From Macrostomum lignano (Eukaryota): a DNA stretch of 64,000 nucleotides. A program made the position numbers and the translations under genes. The stretch is from the NCBI GenBank assembly GCA_002269645.1, contig NIVC01001106.1, forward strand, positions 124,001 to 188,000, in the 5' to 3' direction. Positions within the stretch are counted from its first letter, which is position 1; the number at the start of each line of letters is the position of its first letter. Positions 13,172-24,378 of this stretch are shown here, piece after piece. The notes below the pieces were generated by a model. It searched no databases. It worked only from the letters and a program-made list of their open reading frames with translations, and was not told where the DNA came from.

Positions 13172-14015
13172 CAGTTCACAAGACCGGCATTTCACACATC
13201 CCAATGCAGCAGTCACAGTTCACAAGACCGGAATTTCACACATCCCAATGCAGCAGTCACAGTTCACAAGACCGGAATTTCACACATCCCAATGCAGCAT
13301 TTGATTCTCAAGACCGGCATTTCACACATCCCAATGCAGCAGTCACAGTTCACAAGTCCGGCATTTCACACATCCCAATGCAGCAGTCACAGTTCACAAG
13401 ACCGGAATTTCACACATCCCAATGCAGCATTTGATTCTCAAGACCGGCATTTCACACATCCCAATGCAGCAGTCACAGTTCACAAGACCGGCATTTCACA
13501 CATCCCAATGCAGCAGTCACAGTTCACAAGTCCGGCATTTCACACATCCCAATGCAGCAGTCACAGTTCACAAGACCGGAATTTCACACATCCCAATGCA
13601 GCATTTGATTCTCAAGACCGGCATTTCACACATCCCAATGCAGCAGTCACAGTTCACAAGACCGGCATTTCACACATCCCAATGCAGCAGTCACAGTTCA
13701 CAAGTCCGGCATTTCACACATCCCAATGCAGCAGTCACAGTTCACAAGACCGGAATTTCACACATCCCAATGCAGCATTTGATTCTCAAGACCGGCATTT
13801 CACACATCCCAATGCAGCATTTGATTCTCAAGACCGGCATTTCACACATCCCAATGCAGCAGTCACAATTCACAAGACCGGCATTTCACACATCCCAATG
13901 CAGCAGTCACAATTCACAAGACCGGCATTTCACACATCATAATGCAGCAGTCACAGTTCACAAGACCGACATTTCACACATCCCAATGCAGCAGTCACAG
14001 TTCACAAGACCGACA
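13172..14015 (+). repeat. Minisatellite, 44/42-nt CAAGACCGGCATTTCACACATCCCAATGCAGCA(GTCACAGTTCA/TTTGATTCT)
   Basis: Direct reading. Confidence 0.95.
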
Positions 14016-15239
14016 TTTCACATAGCCGAAACCGGCTGCCATTCGCTTACAAGACCGCATTCACAGCGTCAAAAGACTTGATTCATACAGAAGAAAATTA
14101 CTGTATATATAGCTTCTCACAACAGGTGGAAATTAGGAGCGTTAATAAGATTAGAATAACGAGTGAAACTGTTTTTTTGGCTAAACCTTAAATGAGATTT
14201 GTCTGTATGGATTAGAAATTCTTAGTCTTATGGATTATGCTCCTATAGATTCTCATGTATCTTTATGGAGATCTTAGATGGCAAATACTGATGCAAGTAG
14301 CGGGAGCAGATGACAGACATGCTACTTCCAGCTGTCCCCAATACGGTCACTGTATTACTAATGCAAACAAGAGGAGCTGGTTAAACAGATTTCCCAGTTC
14401 AACTTTGTGAAAGATGCCAGAATGAAAGCAGCTTTACGATTGCTTTTAGATGACTGGGGGGCTTTATGCAGTCAACTTTTCTCGACAAAGATCTTCCTTC
14501 CTTGCTTGTCTTCTGCTTCTCTTGCTGGACACGCGAATCGCAATCGAGTGCTTTCTGAGATTTGTCCCGCCCAGCCAGCCCCGTCCCGGCCTTCAGTAAA
14601 TACTGCCCCTATATATGGCATGCGTCTCTCGCAGTTCTTTGCGGCACCATATGGGGGCTTGGCGCTGGTGTTGGTCCCTGGACTTGGGAGTATGGAAATT
14701 AGTGGCATATGGCAGGCATTCCGCTCGCACAGCTTGTGCGCCAGGCAAGTTTTATAATCGGAATAGGGTGGGGGGCTCTGAATCAAGATGGGGTCGGGGA
14801 TTTGGGAAACAAGAGGAAATCTAAATTTAGGGAGCTGGGATGGTCATCGGACTTGACTGACCGGGATTCTTTAGGGCGGTCTGCCCTCACAGTCACAATC
14901 CTGAAGCTTATGATTATAAACATTTAAATGAAAACTCGGTCATTTATATAATTGTATAATTTATTATAGCAATCCTCCTCCGCTTAGGGGATTTTTTAAA
15001 GGGATTTTTATATAAAATTGAAACAAAGAAAAACTGGAAAGTTGAACGCTCGTTAAAATTCAACTAGCTCGATTCTTCTTCTTTTAAACTATTAATTTTA
15101 AGTTTGAGTTTCGAAATACCGTTATATTCGGTGAGAAAGCACGATTTGGTAATTAGGTAAGCCAACAGAGAGATTTGAGACAGGTATGGGGGAGAGATAG
15201 AGGGAGACTGGAAGGAGTTAGACAGGAGTATAAAGAAGA

Positions 15240-16442
15240 ATTTGGGGTTAGTGAGGGAGATAGAGGGGGTTAGTGAGGGAGATAGAGGGGGTTAGTGAGG
15301 GAGATAGAGGGGGTTAGTGAGGGAGATAGAGGGGGTTAGTGAGGGAGATAGAGGGGGTTAGTGAGGGAGATAGAGGGGGTTAGTGAGGGAGATAGAGGGG
15401 GTTAGTGAGGGAGATAGAGGGGTTAGTGAGGGAGATAGAGGGGGTTTGTGGTGACTGCGTTTCGCTTTCTGTGCAGAGTGGGAGATGGGGGGGCTGTCTC
15501 TCTCTCTCTCTCTCTCTCTCGGATTGTACTCGCGCATGTGCATACTCTGGAGCGCGAGCACCAGAGGTAGCGGCTGATTGGTCAGCCTAGTCAGGCTGGA
15601 AAATAAACTGGTATTTATTGAGAGAGCTAGGCTTGGCCAGCTCTAAGAAGTTTTTTCTCTCTGCAAGCCACACAGACTTTGTTACAGGGTTAGTGAGGGA
15701 GATAAGAGGGGGTTAGTGAGGGAGATATAGGGGGTTAGTGAGGGAGATAGAGGGGGTTAGTGAGGGAGATAGAGGGGGTTAGTGAGGGAGATAGAGGGGG
15801 TTAGTGAGGGAGATAGAGGGGGTTAGTGAGGGAGATAGAGGGGGTTAGTGAGGGAGATAGAGGGGGTTTGTGGTGACTGCGTTTCGCTTTCTGTGCAGAG
15901 TGGGAGATGGGGGCTGTCTCTCTCTCTCTCTCTCGGATTGTACTCGCGCATGTGCATACTCTGGAGCGCGAGCACACCAGAGGTAGCGGCTGATTGGTCA
16001 GCCTAGTCAGGCTGGAAAATAAACTGGTATTTATTGAGAGAGCTAGGCTTGGCCAGCTCTAAGAAGTTTTTTCTCTCTGCAAGCCACACAGACTTTGTTA
16101 CAGGGTTAGGGAGATAAGAGGGGGTTAGTGAGGGAGATATAGGGGGTTAGTGAGGGAGATAGAGGGGGTTAGTGAGGGAGATAGAGGGGGTTAGTGAGGG
16201 AGATAGAGGGGGTTAGTGAGGGAGATAGAGGGGGTTAGTGAGGGAGATAGAGGGAGTTAGTGAGGGAGATAGAGGGGGTTAGTGAGGGAGATAGAGGGGG
16301 TTAGTGAGGGAGATAGAGGGGGTTAGTGAGGGAGATAGAGGGGTTAGTGAGGGAGATAGAGGGGGTTAGTGAGGGAGATAGAGGGGGTTAGTGAGGGAGA
16401 TAGAGGGGGTTAGTGAGGGAGATAGAGGGGGTTAGTGAGGGA

Positions 16443-16445
<3 letters not shown>
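15240..16445 (+). repeat. Minisatellite, 22-nt GGGGGTTAGTGAGGGAGATAGA, interrupted by two copies of a ~250-nt unique cassette
   Basis: Direct reading. Confidence 0.95.
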
Positions 16446-16477
<32 letters not shown>

Positions 16478-17199
16478 TGTGTGTGAGTGAGAGAGAGTAT
16501 GATTCACTGAGTCGTTAGTTTACTAATTGTATTTATTAATATCATAATTATCATAAAGGCGCACAGTTGCTAATGCTTCTGTTCGGCAGATTATATTGTC
16601 AATAAAAAATCACAGAATAATTTTATTCTAGCATTAACTAACTAGCGCATGAAACTCGGGTCTGTGTTCTGAAACAAAATCGCTAAATAAACAGCTAATT
16701 ACACCTGTATTTAGCAGCACTGCCGATTATTACTGTCGGCTGTCGCCCAGGCTGGCAGGGACAGGTGGGGCAAGTTCTTTTAATAACACACCTTGCTGGG
16801 CAATCTAATTATACTGTTGGTTGGACAATTTTCGAATAGAGCGAGTGGTCCTGCTCAACCTGATCAGCTGCCAATGTCAATCAAATTGCCGTGGCAACCA
16901 AAATTGCCCCCCGTGGTGTTTTTTACCTAATTAAATTTTGCACCCTGCTACCGCATCCGGTTAGCAAGAGTTTTTGTTATAATTCTGGGCGCAATCTCTA
17001 GCAGATTTTTGCTAACTATTCATTAATTGCGCTCACTGATTTCGTGGTCCAGACTCCAGATGCAAAACATGCAGTGCAAATCAACCGACCCTAACTACGA
17101 AGTTTAATCTATTTAATAATCCACAATTAAAAATGGATTAACTTTGTAGCCCTCATTCCCAGAAGTTAACAAGTCTTAACCCTCATAAGCTGCTTCATA

Positions 17200-17510
17200 A
17201 TCCCCAAGCTCACAATCCCCAAGCTCATAATCCTCAGGCTTCACAATCTTCAGGCTTCACAATCTTCAGGCTTCACAATCTTCAGGCTTCACAATCTTCA
17301 GGCTTCACAATCCCCAAGCTCACAATCCCCAAGCTCACAATCCTCAGGCTTCACAATCTTCAGGCTTTACAATCCTTAGGCTTCACAATCCCCAAGCTCA
17401 CAATCCTTAGGCTTCACAATCCCCAAGCTCACAATCCTCAGGCTTCACTATCCCCAAGCTCACTATCCCCAAGCTCACCAAGCTCACAATCCCTAAGCTC
17501 ACAATCAATA
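17200..17510 (+). repeat. Minisatellite, 15-16-nt (C/T)TCACAATC(CCCAAG/TTCAGGC)
   Basis: Direct reading. Confidence 0.9.
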
Positions 17511-17779
17511 GATCAATAGATCAGGTGACATAAGTTGCTAATTTTGTACTCAAAACATGTTTTTAAATAAATTAATTCACCAAATTATGAGTCTGCAACT
17601 CCGTACATGTGCGAGAAAATCGAGAGTCAGTGGCGGAGGAAGAGGGGAATGAGCGGGGTTGGCTGACGCGATAGACACGTGCCCCCCCCCCCCCCCCTAC
17701 AGTGTGGGCAGTGGACTCAGCCCAGCATCTCAGTTCGCATTGAGAAGCGCCACCCCAACCTCCGCACACTCCGGGGCCC

Positions 17780-17870
17780 TGAGCCAATCCAAATAGCCAC
17801 GCGAGCCAATGAGCACGCGACCCCAATCCTCTTCACTTGGGAGTTGGCTGTGAGGCGCGTGCTCATTGTG
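17780..17870 (+). promoter_or_regulatory. Promoter-like region upstream of the alternative AGAP exon
   Basis: Three CCAAT (17784, 17806, 17823), a CACGTG near 17676, CpG-rich context. Confidence 0.45.
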
Positions 17871-18026
17871 AGTTCTGTAGTGATAAAACTGGTGGGCAAG
17901 AGGCTGGCTTTTATTGTCCAGCCAGCCAGACAAGAGAGAGAAAGTCTTGAAAAAACACCCAAACAAAACTAGCAGAGTCAGCCAGTCTACTTAGATAGCA
18001 GCCTTAGTAGTGTTGGATTATTCAGA

Positions 18027-18833
18027 ATGCTGTCGTCGGAGCAGGCCCAGCAGCGTCGTAGGCCTTTCTCTCAGTTCTCCTCCTCGATGCGTTCTTGCCG
18101 ACGTCGCCTGTCTCGTCGGCGCCTTCCGCCGCTTGCTTCACCGCCGCCGCCGACGCTGCCGTCAGCTCAGTCGCAGGCTGCAGCAACAACAACAACTAGG
18201 CAGTTGTACAGTCGCAAGCGCCGCTCCAGCATTGGCGCCGCTGCTGTTGCTACTGATGTACCGCGCAGCTTCAACTTCTGCTCAACTGCCAGCGTTATTA
18301 ACGTTGTCGCCACGCCTACACCGCCGCCCCGATCGCCGGCGCATAAGCGTCGTCGCGGAGTTGAACCCGGCGGCGTTGGTGTCGACAATTTGAATAACGT
18401 CGCCTCTTGCAGCGGCAGCGGCTTGGGTCTACTTCGCCGCCTGCGCGACTCTTTGCGCCGTCCATTCCTAACTAGAAGCAGCCGGCCGCGCAAATACCGG
18501 CTGAACACTAGCGGCATAGCTACTAATAGTAATACTGCTAGCCAGCACGCCAGTAGTAGTAAACCTATTGCAGTCAGTAGCGCCAGTCTGTGCCATCGGT
18601 CGGCCGCCGCCGCTTTCTGGCGTCTGCGAACCGCTTCGCCGTCGCCCTCGCCATCGGGTGGCTCACCGACCCCGGTGCGGCGCCCGCCTCAATCGCCGTT
18701 ATTATTATTCGCCGCCTCTTCGTCCACAGCCTGCCAGCGAATGGCCGCCTGCAGCACAGCCAGACGCTGCCAGACCCCAACAACAGCAGCGGCGGTTGCT
18801 GGCGGCGCTGGCCGACCGTCGCCCAGTCATCAT

Positions 18834-18865
<32 letters not shown>

Positions 18866-18932
18866 TCGGGCTCCGTTAGGCGCGTACAATCTACCGCCAC
18901 CTGGCCAGGGACACGCGAGCGCCGGACGCGAG
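18027..18932 (+). CDS. AGAP1: Probable alternative first coding exon of AGAP (Ser/Arg/Pro/Gln-rich N-terminus)
   Basis: GC-rich 302-codon open frame from ATG to GAG|gtgaga, phase 0, in frame with exon 21078; preceded by a promoter-like region. Confidence 0.65.
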
Positions 18933-19374
18933 GTGAGACTATTAATAATTCTACAATGAAATTGATTTTTAATAAATAGAGAGCCATCTGGTCTTAGCTA
19001 GACTATTTTTAAAGTAAGCAAATAAGTCCTCTCTGTCTGCCTACCGCGGGAGTGAAATTATTCAAGCTTTGTACGACTAGGAGTGAAGTGGGACGGTTTA
19101 GTTAGCAGACTTTTCCGAGTTTCGTTCGCAAACACTTCTTCTTAGCTAGCTTAACCCTTGCCCAAGTGAAGAATGATGAAGAATAAATTATTTCTATATC
19201 TGTGTTGAAGAGTGGGCGAGCTTGTCTTGTCTTTAAACCGGCATTGCGCAATCAAAAAATTGTTCAAATTGTTGTCCGTGTTCAACTTTGGATTGACATT
19301 GTCAAGTGGCTTTGCCCTCTTCTCGGCTCGGGGAGTGTAGAAGCTTGTGGATCAGGACATGGAAAACTGGTAGC

Positions 19375-19750
19375 ATTGGCGCCGAGCTGAAGCGCCTAAA
19401 ATGGGATAGCAGTGGCGCCGAACTGAAGCGCGCCTAAAATGGGATAGCAGTGGCGCCGAACTGAAGCGCGCCTAAAATGGGATAGCAGTGGCGCCGAACT
19501 GAAGCGCGCCTAAAATGGGATAGCAGTGGCGCCGAACTGAAGCGCGCCTAAAATGGGATAGCAGTGGCGCCGAACTGAAGCGCGCCTAAAATGGGGTAGC
19601 AGTAGCACCAATGAAGCGCCTCTGGTAGCAGTGGCGCCATTAAAGCGCTTTTGGTAGCAGTAGCCCCAATGAAGCTCCAGTAGTATGGTAGTAGTGGCGC
19701 CAAAGCCAAACTAAAGCGCCAATAGTGGGGTAGCAGTGGCGCCAATGCAG
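19375..19750 (+). repeat. Minisatellite, 38-nt GATAGCAGTGGCGCCGAACTGAAGCGCGCCTAAAATGG, decaying rightwards
   Basis: Direct reading. Confidence 0.9.
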
Positions 19751-20784
19751 CGCCTTAAATGAAGCCCCAGAGCGGTGGCTCGTGGCGTCAGACTAGAGCT
19801 TTAAAGAGCAGGGCAGCCATAAATGAATTCGTAATTTATAGATTATTTTATATCTAACACAGGGCCAACCATGGCTCTCTGCAATTTTTTTAGCATTCAA
19901 ATGAAGCTTTGCAACCAACTAAGGGTTGTTAGTTTTCAATTTTGATATGGGCGGGTTTTGTTGTATTAAAAAAAACAGCACCAGACCATAGAGAGGAACC
20001 TAGGCTTGGATGGAAGTCTCATTGTTGTGCAGCCGGTTGCGGGTATCCAGGTCCCGCAGACTTACAGCTGGGTAATAATCAATTCTTGTGCTCGTCCTCT
20101 GGCCCCGGTTTTTCATATTCGAGTAGCACGAGGTTGAAGTTGTCTCCAGGCCCTCTTCCGCAATCTTCTTCCCCAACTCCCCTCCCCTCCTTCCCGAGGG
20201 GGCTTCTCGACCGGCCTCCACTTCTCCGCTCGGTTTCAACTCCCCAGGGGCCGCTGCCCTTGGTCGTGGGGGACCGATTTTGTTCTGAATTGTGTGTGTG
20301 TGTGTGTGTGTGTTGTTAAGAGTTTGGATTATTTATTGCCTAGCCAAAGCTATTGTAACATCGTGCGGGTATTGTTAATATAAACGAGTTAGAATTGGGA
20401 TATATATTTGGCTAGGGGGGGGGGGGCTGGTTTTAGAGTTTCCTTCTAAGATTCCCCAAACCCAGGCGGGTGGCACCCCGCGTGTCCTGGCTGCAGCTGT
20501 TTTATAGGGGCTCCACAGGGTGCGTTCTATTTTTAATTAGTTTATACCTGAGCCTTGCCTGCCGGCCATATATGGCATGCGACTCTGGCCAGAAGTATAA
20601 GACTAGACGCACCCTAAATTGATTCCCATAAAAATGCTTTGTCCTTGTTCTGTTAGACTGGTAAACGATGCGTGCATTTAAAATTTTATATTCTATACAG
20701 ACCGCCTAAAAATTCATATTAGCTAGTATTTTTTGCGCAGAACAAGCTACTGTCTACTTGAAGTAGAATACGATTATTTTTTGT

Positions 20785-20860
20785 GTGTATGTAGCATGTA
20801 GGGGTCAAGTGCGGCGCTCTGATGTGCCAGTGGCCCAGGCTCGATTCCCAGTGCAGTCAC
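20785..20860 (+). mobile_element. Degenerate tRNA-like SINE head
   Basis: B-box-like GGCTCGATTCC at ~20838 with A-box-like spacing upstream. Confidence 0.3.
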
Positions 20861-21077
20861 ATTATTTTTGGGGCTAAATTTGAATTTAGATTTGCCTAAC
20901 GATAAATAAAGTTAGGGCCGCTGTACACTCCTGTGTGAGTTTGTGACTGTGCGTATGACTGCGTACGTATCCGCGCGGTTGTGTGCCTGCTCAGGGGTGC
21001 ACATAAAGCAATCAAATTCTTACAGTCTACTTACAGTAGTATGTACAATAGTTGCAAAATGCGAATTACATTTCCAG

Positions 21078-21218
21078 TATCAGCATCAAGTCCTGCTGCC
21101 GGCCAGTTTAGCTGCTCACCAGTACTACGAACCCGCTGCTCACAGCTTGCCTGTTCAACAGCAGGCGTCTCCGCAGCAACTGTCTAGCGGCAAGAAGACC
21201 TCCGACAGCACCCTATGG
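21078..21218 (+). CDS. AGAP1: AGAP linker exon
   Basis: ttccag|TAT...TGG|gtgagt, 47 codons, phase 0/0. Confidence 0.7.
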
Positions 21219-21312
21219 GTGAGTAGCCCGCATAGCGCACAGTTAGGCGTGTTGTGTAATGTTTTTTTTCAAATACACAGTTTGATAACTGGGGTCTGTT
21301 GATAATTCTCAG

Positions 21313-21516
21313 GACCACCGGCCAGCTGCTGGCGATCCCGGGCACAACACCTCGATGGCTTCTGGCCAGCCGGCTTACTATTCTTCCGTGGCCGGATCGG
21401 CTGCTGTAATTACAGCATCGGCCAGCTGTAATCAGCCGCAGCAGCAGCCTCCGTTAGGCATGCGAGGCTCGAGAGAGCGGGCCAGCTACGCTCACGGTGT
21501 CTCCTTTGTCGGCTCG
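21313..21516 (+). CDS. AGAP1: AGAP linker exon
   Basis: tctcag|GAC...TCG|gtaagc, 68 codons, phase 0/0. Confidence 0.75.
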
Positions 21517-21763
21517 GTAAGCTCTTGAACACACCGTGTATGATTCCTGATAATGGGTCTTAATGACTGCCGATATGTATCGATATTAAAAAAAACTTGA
21601 AGTTAACCAACGTTTTTCAATAAAGTTGGGCATGTTTAGCGCCGATATGTATCGATAGAGCCAAAACTTGTTGCCTAAAACCAAAATAGCTGCTTTTCAA
21701 ATTTATCACCAGTGTGTTAATGGTAGTATGGTATATCCTGTAATTATTAAATATATCTTTTAG

Positions 21764-23038
21764 GAGCAGCAGCAACCACAGCAGCAGCCACTCCAGCAGC
21801 AGTCCAGCAGTGGCGCTACGCCAACCCAGGGCCGCAAGAGCCGGCGCCGGTCCAATCTATTCAGCCGCAAAGATGAACAACAGCAGCAACAACAGCAGCA
21901 GGCAATGTCGGCAGCAATGTCCGCCCCAACCTCCACTGTTGGATCCGGCCGCGCTATCCCAATGAAGCAGGGCTACTTGTACAAGCGCAGCGCCGGCGGC
22001 GCCCTGTCGCGCGCCGATTGGAAGAAAAAATACGCCGCCCTAGCGGAGACCGGCCAGCTGACTTACTACGCCAGCCTGCACGACTACATGGCGGATAGCC
22101 ACGGCAAGACTATCGACCTTCGGCTCACCACCGTCAAGGTGCCCGGCCAGACCAGGCCGACTTCCAACGGCCTGCTGTTGAAGACGCAGCTCTCGCAGCA
22201 GCAGCAGCAATTGGCACAGTCGTCGCAGCATCCGCAGCGGCGTCGGGCAAAGTCAAGCGGCCGCGGCGGCGGCGGCGGCGGCATTGGCGACTCGGCGAAG
22301 ACGCCAGATGACGACTGCTCAGTCGGCTCATCATCGGCTTCGGGCACCCCGGCCGCGCTAGGCCCGCCAGGCTCCGGCTTCGAGTTCACCATCGTGTCCT
22401 TGGACAATCGAACCTGGCAGTTCGAGGCGCCCAGCCAGGCCGAACGAGACGACTGGGTTCGCTCCATCGAGCAGGGCATCCTGCGCCAGCTGCAGCTCCT
22501 TGGCCGAGACGGAAATCCGGTCAAAAATGGCGCCGGCGCCTCGTCCGCCTCCAACACCTCGCCATTGTCCTCGGCTAGCGGAGCCACTGCCGCCGCTGCA
22601 ACTGCCTCGGCTGCCGCGTCCGTCCAGCTGCTGCGCGACATCCTTGGCAACAACGTCTGCGCCGACTGCGGCCGTCCAGACCCCGACTGGGCCAGCATCA
22701 ACCTCGGCGTGCTGCTCTGCATCGAGTGCAGCGGAGTTCACCGCAATCTGGGCACTCATCTCAGCCGGGTTCGCTCCCTCAATCTGGACGACTGGCCAGC
22801 TAATAACGTGCTAGTGATGCGGGCCATTGGAAACCGCCTGGCCAACTCTGTCTGGGAGGCTTGTCTTGACCCCGCATCCGGCGTTTATAAGCCCAATGCG
22901 GATTCGCCTCGCGAATTAAAAGAACAATTCATTCGGGCTAAGTACGAACGGCGCGAGTTCCTGCCGGAGCTGCCCTATCCCGACTGTCCCATCCAGCAGC
23001 AGCTGGTGGACGCCATTGCTCGATCCGACACCAGACAG
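21764..23038 (+). CDS. AGAP1: AGAP exon: split PH domain and ArfGAP domain
   Basis: RRRSNLF, GSGRAIPMKQGYLYKRS, FEFTIVSLDNRTWQFEA, CADC-x16-CIEC zinc finger with HRNLGTHLSRVRSL; ttttag| to CAG|gtgaga. Confidence 0.95.
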
Positions 23039-23061
23039 GTGAGAATCCCGCATCCGCATTC

Positions 23062-23868
23062 ACTCTACCAGATCGTCAACAACTCTACCAGATCCTCACC
23101 CACTCTACCAGATCGTCAACAACTCTACCAGATCCTCACCCACTCTACCAGATCCTCACCCACTCTAATCAGATCCTCGCCCACTCTACCAGATCCTCAC
23201 CCACTCTACCAGATCCTCACCCACTCTAATCAGATCCTCACCCACTCTAACATATCCTCGCCCACTCTACCAGATCCTCACCCACTCTACCAGATCGTCA
23301 ACAACTCTACCAGATCCTCACCCACTCTACCAGATCCTCACCCACTCTTCCAGATTCTCACCCACTCTAATCAGATCCTCGCCCACTCTACCAGATCCTC
23401 ACCCACTCTACCATATCCTCGCCCACTCTACCAGATCCTCCGCCCACTCTACCAGATCCTCCACCCACTCTACCAGATTCTCACCCACTCTAATCAGATC
23501 CTCGCCCACTCTACCAGATCCTCACCCACTCTACCATATCCTCGCCCACTCTACCAGATCCTCCGCCCACTCTACCAGATCTTCACCCACTCTACCAGAT
23601 CTTCACCCACTCTACCAGATCCTCACCCACTCTACCAGATCCTCACCCACTCTACCAGATCCTTAACAACTCTTCCAGATCCTCAACCCACTCTACCAGA
23701 TCCTCGCCCACTCTACCAGATCCTCCACCCACTCTACCAGATCCTTAACAACTCTACCAGATTCTCGCCCACTCTACCAGATCCTCGCCCACTCTACCAG
23801 ATCTTCACCCACTCTACCAGACCTTCACCTACTCTACCAGATCCTTACCCACTCTACTAGATCCTCAC
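23062..23868 (+). repeat. Minisatellite, 20-nt CTCTACCAGATCCTCACCCA
   Basis: Fills the last AGAP intron. Confidence 0.95.
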
Positions 23869-23979
23869 CCTACTCTCACTGCGAGATTGCCAGCCACACT
23901 CCCAGTCTCTCGCCACGCACTCTCATCGCTGCACGGCATTATATTTATGGCTTAACACACAAAACTCGTGAATCCGCAG

Positions 23980-24378
23980 GTAATTCTCTGCCTAGCCGTG
24001 GCCGGGCCGGCAGTGAACCGAGCCTACTCCCAGCAGGATCCCCGGGCCGCCGTGCACATCGCGGCCACCCTGGGCCAGCTGCCCTACCTCCAGCTGCTGC
24101 TGTGGTACGGCGCCGATCCGGCCGTGCGCGACGCCGAAGGCCGCACCGGCCATTTCTACGCCGCCGCAGCTGGCAAGCCCGACTGCGCCGAATTCCTTCT
24201 GCTAGCCGGCTGCCCGCCCACCAACCTGATGTCGACGTCTATGGCGACTGCGACTAATAATACTGCTTCTACAGCTGCCGCTACTAATTCGTCAGTGTCG
24301 TCATCGTCAAGGCGACGATCGTCGAGGACTGCTAGTCCAACATCGCCAACTAATGCAACAATGGAAATTGGACTGTGA
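23980..24378 (+). CDS. AGAP1: AGAP terminal exon: ankyrin repeats and stop
   Basis: ccgcag|GTA; AAVHIAATLGQLPYLQLLLWYGADPAVRDAEGRT matches the AGAP ankyrin region; ends TGA. Confidence 0.92.
   Translation, partial: VILCLAVAGPAVNRAYSQQDPRAAVHIAATLGQLPYLQLLLWYGADPAVRDAEGRTGHFYAAAAGKPDCAEFLLLAGCPPTNLMSTSMATATNNTASTAAATNSSVSSSSRRRSSRTASPTSPTNATMEIGL

Noticed and set aside
19942-20319. Ser/Pro-rich ORF as the missing AGAP linker exon
   Set aside because: The phases could fit, but the acceptor and donor are weak and there is no homology; kept only as a weak candidate.
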